A stretch of DNA of 64,000 nucleotides, taken from contig JBDRGY010000016.1 of the NCBI GenBank assembly GCA_043817315.1, positions 69,445 to 133,444 on the forward strand, written 5' to 3'. Source of the DNA: Patescibacteria group bacterium (GTDB lineage: Bacteria > Patescibacteriota > Patescibacteriia > JBDRGY01). How positions within the stretch are numbered: the stretch's first letter is position 1; each line of letters begins with the position of its first letter. Of the stretch, positions 28,350 through 38,638 are shown in pieces. The notes under the pieces were generated by a model. The model did not search any database. It was not told where the DNA came from and saw nothing but the letters and a program-made list of their open reading frames with translations. The position numbers and the translations under genes were made by a program.

Positions 28350-29411
28350 ATGTCATTTTCTGTTGGTATCATCGGTCTGCCCAATGTGGGCAAATCCACC
28401 CTATTTAAAGCCCTGACCAAAAAACAGGTGGATATTTCTAATTACCCCTTTACCACCATTGAACCCAATGTGGGAGTAGTGGCCGTGCCTGATCAACGTT
28501 TGGATAGGCTGGCTGAACTTTTTAAGCCGGATAAGGTGTTACCGACCCATATTGAATTCGTAGACATTGCCGGGCTAGTAAAAAACGCTCACCAAGGAGA
28601 GGGATTGGGCAATCAATTTCTGGCTCAGATCAGAGAGGTAAAAGCCATTGCTCATCTGGTCCGTGTATTTTCCGATAAAAATGTGGCTCATGTCACCGGC
28701 CGAATCCGACCCGAAGACGACATTGCCACAGTCAACCTTGAACTAATCATGGCTGATCTTGATACGGTCGATAAAAGGCTAGAAGAGGTTAACCCCAAGG
28801 CTAATTCCGGGGAGAAAGAAGCCTTAGGCCAAAAACCAGTTCTAGACAAGATAAAGGCTCATTTGGACGATGGCAATCTAGTAAACACTTTGGAGCTAGC
28901 GGGAGAGGAGTTGGAGCTGATTCAAGATCTCCATCTGTTGACCGCCAAACCGATGCTCTATGTTCTAAATGTCGAAGAAGAGCGGCGCCATCAAGATTTC
29001 CAAATAAAAACCAACCATCCCGTTAACCTAGTAACTCTGTCCGCCAAGCTGGAGGCAGAACTAGTCGATCTGTCTGACCAGGAAGTCAAAGAACTGGGTT
29101 ATCAGGAAACCGGTCTAGATAAATTAATCAGCGGTGCTTACCAACTGCTAAATCTTATCACCTTTTTTACGGCGCAAAGTAATATTCTACAAGCCTGGAC
29201 CATTCCCAAGGGCGCCTCCGCTCAAGATGCAGCCGGTCAAATCCACACTGACTTTGCCGAAGGATTTATCAGAGCAGATATCATCAATTGGCAGGACTTG
29301 ATAAAAGCTGGCTCGGAGAAATTGGCCCATGACCAGGGGAAAATAAAAACTGTAGGCAAAGAACATCTTATCCAAGACGGTGACGTGATTAAGTTTAAAA
29401 TTGATAAATAA
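28350..29411 (+). CDS. ychF: Ribosome-binding ATPase YchF (Obg-family GTPase)
   Basis: G1 motif GIIGLPNVGKSTLF; 353 aa with TGS-like C-terminus. Confidence 0.9.
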   Translation: MSFSVGIIGLPNVGKSTLFKALTKKQVDISNYPFTTIEPNVGVVAVPDQRLDRLAELFKPDKVLPTHIEFVDIAGLVKNAHQGEGLGNQFLAQIREVKAIAHLVRVFSDKNVAHVTGRIRPEDDIATVNLELIMADLDTVDKRLEEVNPKANSGEKEALGQKPVLDKIKAHLDDGNLVNTLELAGEELELIQDLHLLTAKPMLYVLNVEEERRHQDFQIKTNHPVNLVTLSAKLEAELVDLSDQEVKELGYQETGLDKLISGAYQLLNLITFFTAQSNILQAWTIPKGASAQDAAGQIHTDFAEGFIRADIINWQDLIKAGSEKLAHDQGKIKTVGKEHLIQDGDVIKFKIDK

Positions 29412-29415
29412 TATT

Positions 29416-29449
29416 AAAAAAGCAAACAGGAGATTGTTTGCCTTTTTTT
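29416..29449. terminator. Bidirectional terminator between ychF and the subtilase gene
   Basis: AAAAAAGCAAACA-ggaga-UGUUUGCCUUUUUUU. Confidence 0.7.
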
Positions 29450-29462
29450 ATTCAATATTTTC

Positions 29463-32400
29463 TTAAAAAAAGCCAGCCGCTATAGTAACTCCGCCTGTAT
29501 AGGAGACGTCATAGGCCAAAAATTCTGGCGACAATAACCGTCCTTCCTGGTTGTAGATCCTGATATAGGAAGCCCCTGAGCCCCCGACCCCCGTAATGAT
29601 CTCATCGTAGCCATTTCCGTTGGTGTCAACGGCCGTAACCGACACACCACCCCTTGAAGCCTCATCAAAGGCCATAAAACCAGGACTTAGTATTTCATAG
29701 GCCTGACTACGTCCCACCCCGAATATTCTGACATGGGGTCCGCCACTGCTGACAATTCCCGTTATGGTCTCTTGCTTGCCATCGTTATTGACGTCACCGG
29801 CACAAGAAGTGATGCCGCCTCTAAAACTTTCCTCATAGGCCATAATTCCTAAAGTAACTGGTGTATAGCGCCCTTCCCTCATGCCAAATATCCTGATATG
29901 AGGACCACCTCGGCTAGTGGGCGTAGTTATCAATTCGCTGATACCGTCACCATCCACGTCAGCAATGGAGACAGCAATTCCACCTCGAAAATTTACATCG
30001 TAAGCCATAAAATTCTCAGTGGTCGGAACTATCTCTCCGTTTCTCAGGCCGAATATTCTGACATTGGGACTGCCGCCACTGATTGGAGCCACTGCTATTT
30101 CATAGAGACCATCGCCTTCAATATCACCCACCCCGATATTGATACCGCCTTTAAAATTGGCGTCATAAGCGTCAAAATCCCAACCCAGATTGTTGCCGTC
30201 AACATCAAAAACCTTGATAGTAGGAACACCGCCCTCTCTGGTACTGGTAATTATTTCTGAAATTCCGTCACCATTGATGTCTCCTACAGCCACATTGATT
30301 CCTCCCCAAAAATCCATATCATAAGCGTAGAAATAATTTACCATCGTACCGTCAGTATTTAAAACACCAACTAGTGATTGACCATTTGACTTGGGGCCAG
30401 TAACAATGTAACGGTTGAGGGTATAAATATAAGTAAAGTAGGTGCCGTCAGAAATGTTATCCAGATCATCTACTGATTTTAGATGCAAATAGTAGGTGCC
30501 GTTGGCCGTCAGGGTAGGGACACTGAAATTAGTTCCAGTCTGGAAGGAACCGTCTTCGGCATCGGCAGTCAAGTCAGTTGATAGGTTCACATAATAACCT
30601 TTAATATCACTGGCAGCATCTACCGCCGCACTCCAGGTAAAGTAGGGTTGGGGGTGGCGATAGGAAACAGTGGCGGGATCAGACAACGCCTCCGTAGCTG
30701 TGCTGCTTGAGTAAACAGAATAAGTGGTAGGATCGGTAGGGCCTGTTTTGTCGATATTGGCGACTGTGGCTGTTGCACTTCCCGGGTTGCCGATTGAGTC
30801 AGCAAATTCAAAGGTGAAGCTGCCGTTTGCGGTAAATGTATATGTGGTAGCACCACTGTTGTTGGTTACAGTAACAGTTTCACTGGGCACTAAAGTGGCC
30901 ACCACGCTTTGATTAGTCGCGGCAGTGGTCGAATAGCTAATGGTGGCAGTGGGGGCTGTGGCATCGGTCTGGCTAAGCGCGTTATTGGCGTTGATCCGAC
31001 CACCGGTTTTAACTTTTCCGGTTAATGAGCTTTTGGTTTCAACATTATCGAGAATGGCATCTTTTATACCGGCATAGGTGTAATTGGGATTATATGACTT
31101 TAGTAAAGCAGCTAATCCGGCTACGTGCGGTGCTGCCATCGAAGTCCCGTTCATGTATGCATAGTTCTGTAGAGCAACAGTCGGATAGATAATCCTAATG
31201 TCATCAATTGCCGCTCCAAAATAATTGCTGTCTGATCCATTGGTCTCCCAGGTAAATCTCACTTTCATATTGCTATCTTTGTAGCTGGAAACATTAAATC
31301 CGCCAGTCCCCGATGTGGCTGAGCCGCAATAATATCCTAGTTCGGTCCAAGAACTACCGTTATAAACATCAGCCGACAGATAATCATTAAAGCATAGGGT
31401 TGAATCCTCTGCTTCCACATAATAATAGTATTGAAAAATAACGGTACTTTGTCCGGCAGTGTTAATGGCATCCGAGGTTAATACCCCGTCAGAGCTAGTC
31501 TGATAGGGGGAATAAGAAGTGTCACCATAAGCCCAGACATTGCCACTGGCAGTATCGGTCATCCAATAGTTATTGGTGCCGCTGCTGGTAAAATCCGTGC
31601 CATTAAAGCCCGGCTGGACGGCATTTTCGAACCCTTCATCGAATTCAAAATAAGGCACGGTGCTATATATATTAACTCCAGGAGCAGCCACATCAACTGA
31701 GGTGGTGCCATAATTGGAAAAGCCGGCCAAACTATCGTTTTGATCGGTGGCGGCCACTGAAATTATATTATCCAGATCATAATCAGAGGGATATTGATGA
31801 GTTCCTCCATCGTTGTTAGTAGCGTCATTGCCAGCTGCTGCCACTATCAAACAGTCGTAAGTAGTCATACCCTCCTCTATGGCGTCATACATGGCCTGCG
31901 AATAGCCAGATCCCCCTAGGCTCATGTTGATAACATCAGCTCCTTGGTCATAGGCTTCGTAAATTCCAGAAACGATATCAGCGTTCGTCCCGAAACCCGT
32001 CAGCCCCAATACCCTGATTGGCACAATTTTGATATCCGATCCAAATCCGGCAATCCCCTGTCCGTTATCAGCTACGGCCGCAATCACCCCGGCAACGTGA
32101 GTGCCGTGATCCAGAAAATCGTAGGCATTGGCATCGTCATCTACAAAGTCATATCCTTGTTCAATTTGAGAACTCAATTCGGGGTGGTATAGAGCTACTC
32201 CGCTATCAATCACGGCTACTGTTGCTTCGGAAGTACTGGCACCGGCCACAACATCCCAGGCGGCCGGCATGTCAATATCGGCATCGGCAGTGCCGGCGGT
32301 ACCGTTGACGGTCTGTCCTGTATTGTGTAGGCCCCACTGAACACCGTAATAGGTGTCGTTGGGGGTACTGGAGGCTTGATAAATATAATTAGGCTCTACA

Positions 32401-32747
32401 TACTCGACAAGCGGATTATCAATTAGGCCCTCGACAAGCTGCTGGGTGGTTTGACTATCAGATTTTAGTAAAGTAATGTTTTGTCTGGCTAATCTGGTTT
32501 TTTCCGTAAGATTTTCGCCCCGAGCCAGTGCTGTCATTTTATTTATTCCCCGGGACTGATTGAGGTCCAGATCGCTTTTCTTAAATTTCACCAGCACTTC
32601 TCCCTCTATATAGTCAGCCTTTTGTCTGTCGAACTCGGGCAATCGACCAACGCTGGAGCTGGCCGTTAATCGAGGAAATAAAATTAAAACAGCTATCCCA
32701 AAAATTAGAATAGCCCCAAGTCGTTTTATTTTTTTTGAGATAACCAT
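29463..32747 (-). CDS. Secreted subtilisin-like serine protease (peptidase S8) fused to a C-terminal array of about 7 FG-GAP-like propeller repeats
   Basis: Catalytic triad motifs AVIDSGV (Asp), HGTHVAGVIAA (His), GTSMAAPHVAGLAALL (Ser). N-terminal signal/anchor and an I9-like propeptide. C-terminal repeats GG-x-P-x-[IV]R[IV]FG...[FM]AYD...FRGG[IV]...[GA]D[VI][DN]GDG..E[IL]IT homologous to those of the other three large proteins. Own promoter (TTGTCA, 17 nt, TATAAT) at 32780-32809 on the minus strand. Confidence 0.85.
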   Translation of the reverse strand: MVISKKIKRLGAILIFGIAVLILFPRLTASSSVGRLPEFDRQKADYIEGEVLVKFKKSDLDLNQSRGINKMTALARGENLTEKTRLARQNITLLKSDSQTTQQLVEGLIDNPLVEYVEPNYIYQASSTPNDTYYGVQWGLHNTGQTVNGTAGTADADIDMPAAWDVVAGASTSEATVAVIDSGVALYHPELSSQIEQGYDFVDDDANAYDFLDHGTHVAGVIAAVADNGQGIAGFGSDIKIVPIRVLGLTGFGTNADIVSGIYEAYDQGADVINMSLGGSGYSQAMYDAIEEGMTTYDCLIVAAAGNDATNNDGGTHQYPSDYDLDNIISVAATDQNDSLAGFSNYGTTSVDVAAPGVNIYSTVPYFEFDEGFENAVQPGFNGTDFTSSGTNNYWMTDTASGNVWAYGDTSYSPYQTSSDGVLTSDAINTAGQSTVIFQYYYYVEAEDSTLCFNDYLSADVYNGSSWTELGYYCGSATSGTGGFNVSSYKDSNMKVRFTWETNGSDSNYFGAAIDDIRIIYPTVALQNYAYMNGTSMAAPHVAGLAALLKSYNPNYTYAGIKDAILDNVETKSSLTGKVKTGGRINANNALSQTDATAPTATISYSTTAATNQSVVATLVPSETVTVTNNSGATTYTFTANGSFTFEFADSIGNPGSATATVANIDKTGPTDPTTYSVYSSSTATEALSDPATVSYRHPQPYFTWSAAVDAASDIKGYYVNLSTDLTADAEDGSFQTGTNFSVPTLTANGTYYLHLKSVDDLDNISDGTYFTYIYTLNRYIVTGPKSNGQSLVGVLNTDGTMVNYFYAYDMDFWGGINVAVGDINGDGISEIITSTREGGVPTIKVFDVDGNNLGWDFDAYDANFKGGINIGVGDIEGDGLYEIAVAPISGGSPNVRIFGLRNGEIVPTTENFMAYDVNFRGGIAVSIADVDGDGISELITTPTSRGGPHIRIFGMREGRYTPVTLGIMAYEESFRGGITSCAGDVNNDGKQETITGIVSSGGPHVRIFGVGRSQAYEILSPGFMAFDEASRGGVSVTAVDTNGNGYDEIITGVGGSGASYIRIYNQEGRLLSPEFLAYDVSYTGGVTIAAGFF

Positions 32748-32828
32748 GTGTTGTAATTGGTTACTTTCTTATAGTCAATATTATAACTCGGTTTGACCAA
32801 AATTGACAATTGTCTAGTAGCATATACT

Positions 32829-33893
32829 CTACAAATCAATGGTGGTTTGATCCACGATTAACCTGGCTAAAACATTTTCTTGGATTGTTTTATCTCCCCA
32901 GGTTGGTTGGTGATAATCAACAATTTTAATTGGTTTAAATTCAATATTGCTGATATTTTTATCCTGAAGAGTCACTTTAACCACTACTCCTTCAGTGGTG
33001 GGGACAGACCATTCCTGGTCAAATACAAAATTGCCTAAACTATAAAATATATGGCCTCCCTCATATTGTTCATAAGTCTGTACCACATGGGGGTGATGAC
33101 CGATCACTAAATCGGCTCCGGCATCTATGGCCGCTCGGGCAAAATCAATTTGTTGTTGGCCGGGTGTATAAACATACTCGGCCCCAGAGTGCATAGAAAC
33201 AATTACCAGGTCAGCCTGTTGCCCGGCTCTATTTACGTCGTCGATCATTATATCAATGTCCATATTATTGGTACCCATTTTAGTGGTACTGGCCAAATTT
33301 GAATTGGGATAGGCATAGCCAAGATAAGCGAATTTTAGGCCATTCCTCTCAATACTTACCGCATGATGAGATTGATCGCTGTCAAAACCAGCGCCACAAT
33401 ATTCGATATTGTTGTCACTCAAGATATTCATAGTGTATTCCATACCAGCCGTTCCTTGATCACCGAAATGATTGTTGGCTAAGGTTACGATGTCGATTCC
33501 GGCCAGATTTATCCCTTCGATTGTCTGGGGCAGGGCTCGAAAAACGACACTGCCGTTGGGAGTGGCGCTACCTCCGTCATACAGGGGAGATTCCAAATTG
33601 ATAAAGGCTATATCCGCTTGAGAGAATTGTTCGGCTATTTCTAAAAACGGTCTAGTCCAGTCTTGATATTTCAGCATTTTCTGCTCTACTGTCCTGGCCA
33701 ACATTACATCACCCCCAAATATTAGACTGGTCTGGACCGGATCAGTATTTGTAATCGTCTCAGAATAATAGTCTTCAACCTTCCATCCTTCCAAGCTTCT
33801 GTCATTGGGGAATAAAATAAAAGCAATTACGCTCAGGGCACCAATACCAATTGCAATAATAATGTTTAGGTTATTTTTCATCTTTTGCGCCAA
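32829..33893 (-). CDS. CapA-family (PGA_cap) metallophosphatase-like protein, membrane-anchored
   Basis: N-terminal TM segment plus a CapA/PgsA-like metallophosphoesterase core (GGDVMLAR..., HPHVVQ, GNFVFDQ). Confidence 0.7.
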   Translation of the reverse strand: MAQKMKNNLNIIIAIGIGALSVIAFILFPNDRSLEGWKVEDYYSETITNTDPVQTSLIFGGDVMLARTVEQKMLKYQDWTRPFLEIAEQFSQADIAFINLESPLYDGGSATPNGSVVFRALPQTIEGINLAGIDIVTLANNHFGDQGTAGMEYTMNILSDNNIEYCGAGFDSDQSHHAVSIERNGLKFAYLGYAYPNSNLASTTKMGTNNMDIDIMIDDVNRAGQQADLVIVSMHSGAEYVYTPGQQQIDFARAAIDAGADLVIGHHPHVVQTYEQYEGGHIFYSLGNFVFDQEWSVPTTEGVVVKVTLQDKNISNIEFKPIKIVDYHQPTWGDKTIQENVLARLIVDQTTIDL

Positions 33894-35041
33894 ACAAATA
33901 TTTGTCTTAATACTTTTTGCCTGGGCCGCTCGTAAATTATTGAATTACTATTATTCTTTCCTGGGGCCAGACACTCGGCCCTAAAACCGATTTCCTCAAC
34001 TTGCTTGGCAATAGGAAGGTGTAGTAATCTTGTGCCAACCCTCCAAACAGGGAAGATTACCACCAAGGGTGTTCCCGAGGCAACTACTTGACTGGCCGCC
34101 CGGAAAAAACCAAGATATAGACGGCTTAATTCTCTGATTATGTCTGGCAGTTGATTTTCTTGCCAGCGGGAAGGGCCCAGATAGGGTTCAGTAATAATGG
34201 AGTCGGGCTTTGGTATTTGATCATAAATCACCCGACTATCAGATTCTATCAATTTGTAGTTGGCCCGGAGGGAATATTCTTGGAGAAGCCATTTTAGATT
34301 ATCTTTGGTATCACTTATTGCCTTCTTAGAAATATCTGAGCCAACTAAATTCTGATAACCCATTAATATGGCCTCTTGCAATATGGTGCCAGAGCCGCAA
34401 AAGGGGTCAAGCAACAATGCTTCTTTCTTTGTTTGGGCCAGATTAATCATCATCTTGGCCAGTTTGGGTGGCAACATACCAGATCGGCTATCACGACTGG
34501 GGCGACCGTAGTCGCGTCGGCTGTACTCTTCAAATTCTTGGACCACTTCGGTCAGACCAACGATGATATCTTGGTTATCGGGCAATAAGACGAACTCTGC
34601 GCCTTTTTTGATCAGCTTATTTTTGGCTACAACCACGCTGGAAAGAACTGGTTCCTTGGACACAACAAATCGTGAGCTTTTTCCTTTCCCCTTCAGCCTT
34701 TTCTTGATCTGCAATCCAAGATTTCGCACTTGCTGCCTGGTCTTCCGGTCACTCCCGTAGTAGCTTATACCAAAGATTGGTCGATCTTGCTCCGATAGAC
34801 CTTTTTCCCAAAAGGGGTTCGTTAATATCTGTTCGGCACTAATCCTGGCAATAACCTTGCCAATCTTGATAGTGCCCCCCAATTGCCTGATAACCTTTAC
34901 AGAATCAATTTGGCTATCCGGCTGGACCACTAAGTACTCCATGTCGTATTGGTACGATTTTGAAGTCAGCCCCAGATAGCTGATTATCTCCCAGGCAGAA
35001 AGTTGGGGTACCTTTCCTAGGATAAAAAAATACTGTGACAT
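33878..35041 (-). CDS. THUMP-domain class I SAM-dependent RNA methyltransferase
   Basis: MTase motif I LLDPFCGSGTILQEA and DPPY-like EPYLGP. Overlaps the capA-like gene by 16 nt. Confidence 0.65.
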   Translation of the reverse strand: MSQYFFILGKVPQLSAWEIISYLGLTSKSYQYDMEYLVVQPDSQIDSVKVIRQLGGTIKIGKVIARISAEQILTNPFWEKGLSEQDRPIFGISYYGSDRKTRQQVRNLGLQIKKRLKGKGKSSRFVVSKEPVLSSVVVAKNKLIKKGAEFVLLPDNQDIIVGLTEVVQEFEEYSRRDYGRPSRDSRSGMLPPKLAKMMINLAQTKKEALLLDPFCGSGTILQEAILMGYQNLVGSDISKKAISDTKDNLKWLLQEYSLRANYKLIESDSRVIYDQIPKPDSIITEPYLGPSRWQENQLPDIIRELSRLYLGFFRAASQVVASGTPLVVIFPVWRVGTRLLHLPIAKQVEEIGFRAECLAPGKNNSNSIIYERPRQKVLRQIFVWRKR

Positions 35042-35152
35042 ACCTATATATTAGCGGTATTTTAGACTCTTGTCATTTCCAGGAGGCTGTGATAAACTGA
35101 TTTTACTAGCCAATTTGGCATTTTTTAATAAATAATATCCGCCAAGGTAATC

Positions 35153-35596
35153 ATGACAAACTACGAATTACTGTTTATTGTTCCAGCCAAAATATCAGAT
35201 AAAGAGATCTCCCAGGTAGCTGAGAAGGTGGCCAAAATCATTGCCGAAGAAGGGGGGTCTATCACCAAGGAAGACAACCTGGGAAGGTTTAAATTATCTT
35301 ACCCCATTAAGAAAAATGATGTGGGTACCTATTTACTTTTTCAATTTGATGGCGATAACAGTATAGTCGCCAAGTTAGAAAAGATTTTCAAACTTACCCC
35401 TGAGCTGCTGCGCTATATTATTACTATTACTCCCCCGTTTAGAGAAAAAGCAGTCAGGGAGCCCAGGACGCCTGAATTGACCCAAAAGCCCAAGGATAGC
35501 AAAACCAAGCGGACCGCTAAGACCAAGACCAAAATTAGTCTCGAAGACCTGGAAGAAAAACTGGATACTATTTTAGATGATGATATACTAAAATAA
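35153..35596 (+). CDS. rpsF: 30S ribosomal protein S6 (with a basic C-terminal extension)
   Basis: [26 protein letters not shown]. Sits in the conserved rpsF-ssb-rpsR arrangement. Confidence 0.8.
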   Translation: MTNYELLFIVPAKISDKEISQVAEKVAKIIAEEGGSITKEDNLGRFKLSYPIKKNDVGTYLLFQFDGDNSIVAKLEKIFKLTPELLRYIITITPPFREKAVREPRTPELTQKPKDSKTKRTAKTKTKISLEDLEEKLDTILDDDILK

Positions 35597-35618
35597 TTTA
35601 CTATTAATATATAAAAAG

Positions 35619-36041
35619 ATGAATTTGAATAAAGCCATGATCATCGGCAATCTGACCCGGGACCCCGAAACCCGCAATTTGCCATCTGGTCAAAATGTTG
35701 CTTCTTTTTCTGTAGCCACCAATCGTCGCTGGAAAGACGGAAAAACCGGAGAAGCAAAAGAGGCCGCTGAGTTTCATAACATTGTGGCCTGGGGAAAATT
35801 AGCTGACATATGCGGCCAGTACCTAAAAAAGGGCAGCAAGGTTTACCTTGAAGGGAGATTACAGACTCGTTCTTGGGACGATCAAAGCGGCAATAAGAAG
35901 TACCGCACCGAAATCGTTGCTGAAAACATGATTATGCTGGATCGAGCCGGATCAGTGCCGGAGATGAAGGATTCTCCCAAGCCTGCCAAGGGTGATGAGC
36001 CCAAAGAAGAAGAAATTAGCGTAGAGGATATCCCTTTCTAA
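35619..36041 (+). CDS. ssb: Single-stranded DNA-binding protein
   Basis: OB fold ([19 protein letters not shown]...) and an acidic C-terminal tail ending DIPF. Confidence 0.85.
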   Translation: MNLNKAMIIGNLTRDPETRNLPSGQNVASFSVATNRRWKDGKTGEAKEAAEFHNIVAWGKLADICGQYLKKGSKVYLEGRLQTRSWDDQSGNKKYRTEIVAENMIMLDRAGSVPEMKDSPKPAKGDEPKEEEISVEDIPF

Positions 36042-36042
36042 T

Positions 36043-36264
36043 ATGCCAAAACCACCACCGAAAAACCGAGAGTGTCATTTCTGTTCTCTGGGAGAGAAAG
36101 AAATAGATTACAAGGACATCAAAACCTTGCAACGTTATACTTCTTCCTATGGCAAGATTCTTCCCCGAAAAAAAAGCGGGATCTGTGCCAAGCATCAGAG
36201 AAAATTAGCTCAAGCTATTAAAAGAGCTCGCTATATGGCTCTTTTGCCTTTTACTACCAGGTAA
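36043..36264 (+). CDS. rpsR: 30S ribosomal protein S18
   Basis: CHFC...[12 protein letters not shown]...[18 protein letters not shown]; 73 aa. Confidence 0.85.
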   Translation: MPKPPPKNRECHFCSLGEKEIDYKDIKTLQRYTSSYGKILPRKKSGICAKHQRKLAQAIKRARYMALLPFTTR

Positions 36265-36308
36265 TTTTTTAGCAATAAGAACAGTTCTTATTTTTTTATT
36301 GGCCGAAT

Positions 36309-36869
36309 ATGCTGTCCATGAACGATCTAAAAGTAAGTAGTATTATCGCGGTTGACGATCAGCCCTATGTTGTTTTATCTGCCCAACACGTCCAGATGGG
36401 AAGGGGCGGTGCAATCCTAAGAACTAAAATAAAAAACCTGATTAGCGGACAAGTTCTGGAAAAGACCTATAAATCAGGAGATAAAATTGACCAGGCAGAT
36501 TTAACCTTTCGGCAGTCTAGTTTTCTTTATAAAGAGGATGACCAATACTATTTTATGGACACGGAAAGCTATGAGCAATTCTTTTTGGCTGAGAAGGTAA
36601 TCGGTGATTATCGTAACTTTCTAAATGAAGGTCTAGTGCTAAAAACCATGCTTTTTCAGGACAAGCCTGTGTCCATAGAGTTGCCTAGGAAGGTTAAGCT
36701 CAAGGTAATCCAAACTGAGCCCGGAACCAGGGGCGACACTGCTCAGGGTTCAGTCACTAAACCGGCCACTCTGGAAACTGGCTATATATTAGGTGTGCCT
36801 CTTTTCGTCAATCAAGACGACACTATAGTGGTCAATACCGAAAGTGGACAGTACGTAGAAAGAGGATAA
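36309..36869 (+). CDS. efp: Elongation factor P
   Basis: 186 aa; KOW-like N-terminus with the lysine-loop region (HVQMGRGGAILRTKIKNL). Confidence 0.85.
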   Translation: MLSMNDLKVSSIIAVDDQPYVVLSAQHVQMGRGGAILRTKIKNLISGQVLEKTYKSGDKIDQADLTFRQSSFLYKEDDQYYFMDTESYEQFFLAEKVIGDYRNFLNEGLVLKTMLFQDKPVSIELPRKVKLKVIQTEPGTRGDTAQGSVTKPATLETGYILGVPLFVNQDDTIVVNTESGQYVERG

Positions 36870-36878
36870 AGATAATAC

Positions 36879-36916
36879 AAAAAGGTAGATGGTTTAACTG
36901 ACATCTACCTTTTATA
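36879..36916. terminator. Bidirectional terminator between efp and recA
   Basis: AAAAGGUAGAU...AUCUACCUUUUAUAUUU. Confidence 0.65.
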
Positions 36917-36921
36917 TTTGA

Positions 36922-37944
36922 TTATTCCTTTATTTCACTAACAGCCTTTACTATATCATCTCTAATTGCCTTTTGTAGTTTTTTATCTTCTTTCAGTCTC
37001 GCCTTGGCTGCTTCACGCCCTACGCCCAATTTATTCTCTTGATAGGTAAAGGTATTGCCTGATTTATTTATTATTTCGTATTGAACACCCGTATCTAACA
37101 AATCACCCGAAATGGAAATACCTTCATTGTACATAATGTCAAATTCAGTGGTTCTAAATGGTGCAGACACCTTATTCTTAACCACTTTACACTTGACCCT
37201 ATTGCCTACCACTATGTCACCCTTCTTGATCTGGGCAGAACGTCTAACTTCGATACGAACCGAGGAATAGAATTTCAGGGCAGTTCCGCCTGTGGTAGTT
37301 TCGGGATTTCCGAAGTAAACTCCAATCTTCATTCGAGTTTGATTGATAAAGATAACTACTGTTTTAGTTTTGCTGACTACCCCGGTCAGTTTGCGCAAGG
37401 CTTGGCTCATCAATCTGGCCTGCAGGGCCATGTGCTGATCTCCCATCTCGCCTTCAATCTCAGCCCTAGGTGTCAGGGCAGCTACCGAGTCAACTACCGC
37501 CACATCTACCGCATTGGAGCGAACCAGGGTTTCTAATATCTCTAGGGCTTGCTCCCCAGTATCCGGCTGAGAGAGTAATAGCTCATCTACCTTGACCCCG
37601 ATTTTCTTGGCATAAGCCGGATCTAAGGCGTGTTCGGCGTCAATAAAGGCGGCAGTTCCTTTTAGCTTTTGTACTTCGGCTACTATGTGCTGAGCCAAAG
37701 TAGTTTTGCCAGAAGCCTCTGGGCCGAATATTTCTATCACTCGACCACGCGGTACTCCGCCCACGCCCAAGGCTATATCCAATGACAGGCAACCGGTAGG
37801 CACCACATCTACATCCGACCTTCTGGCTTCGCCTAGTAGCATTATGGAACCATCGCCAAATCTTTCTTTGATTTGTTCAATGGCGGCTTGAGCTGCTTTG
37901 TTTTTTTCGTCGAGTTGACTTCGATTTTCCTCTTTAGTACTCAT
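36922..37944 (-). CDS. recA: Recombinase RecA
   Basis: Walker [11 protein letters not shown]1/L2 region; 340 aa. Only 10 nt separate it from the upstream RodZ-like gene. Confidence 0.95.
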   Translation of the reverse strand: MSTKEENRSQLDEKNKAAQAAIEQIKERFGDGSIMLLGEARRSDVDVVPTGCLSLDIALGVGGVPRGRVIEIFGPEASGKTTLAQHIVAEVQKLKGTAAFIDAEHALDPAYAKKIGVKVDELLLSQPDTGEQALEILETLVRSNAVDVAVVDSVAALTPRAEIEGEMGDQHMALQARLMSQALRKLTGVVSKTKTVVIFINQTRMKIGVYFGNPETTTGGTALKFYSSVRIEVRRSAQIKKGDIVVGNRVKCKVVKNKVSAPFRTTEFDIMYNEGISISGDLLDTGVQYEIINKSGNTFTYQENKLGVGREAAKARLKEDKKLQKAIRDDIVKAVSEIKE

Positions 37945-37954
37945 ATTAATATAT

Positions 37955-38632
37955 TTAATTATTATTCCCGTCTTCTTTTTTGTAGAGAATTTGTCTGGTT
38001 ACGACCCTTTCTTGACTGCGTTCTTTGGATACAACAATGGTAATGGTATTAACCCCTTCTTGTAAATCGACAGTTTTTTCAAAGTGACCAGCTGGGTCGG
38101 CTAATACTGTTTGTCCGTTGATAACAATAATTGCCTCTGCCTCGGTCTGGCCAGCTACTATCACTTCAGCTTGATTAATTGTCAGATTGTCGGGCGGGCT
38201 CTCAAGGATTAGCTCGGGGGGGACAAAAATCATCTTAATCTGCAGTCCCAGATAGATCAATATGGCAACTACTATGACCATGATGACTGAGTTGCGGATT
38301 GTTTTGGGAGTAATTATGGATTTCGGCATTTCTTCGGATTTCCGTGGTTTTTTTACTCTGGTTACAATATTACTTTCTTTCTGATACAGACCTAAAACCA
38401 TATCTGGATTAACTTGCATATATTCGGCGTATTTTTTCAAAAAACTTTTAGTATAAATTTCACCAGGCAATCGGTTGTATTCACCTCTTTCTAAAAATTC
38501 AATATACTTTTTTTGAATTCCAAGTTCTTCTTCGATCTGCTCTAAAGAAACATTGGCCTCTTGGCGCATGCGGGCCAACCGCTCCCCCAAAGTAGTACTG
38601 CCGATTACCCTTTTACCACTAAAATCTTTCAT
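37955..38632 (-). CDS. RodZ-like protein (XRE-type HTH, single TM helix, C-terminal beta domain)
   Basis: HTH ([25 protein letters not shown]), one TM helix, C-terminal DUF4115-like region. Confidence 0.55.
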   Translation of the reverse strand: MKDFSGKRVIGSTTLGERLARMRQEANVSLEQIEEELGIQKKYIEFLERGEYNRLPGEIYTKSFLKKYAEYMQVNPDMVLGLYQKESNIVTRVKKPRKSEEMPKSIITPKTIRNSVIMVIVVAILIYLGLQIKMIFVPPELILESPPDNLTINQAEVIVAGQTEAEAIIVINGQTVLADPAGHFEKTVDLQEGVNTITIVVSKERSQERVVTRQILYKKEDGNNN

Positions 38633-38638
38633 ACTCCT

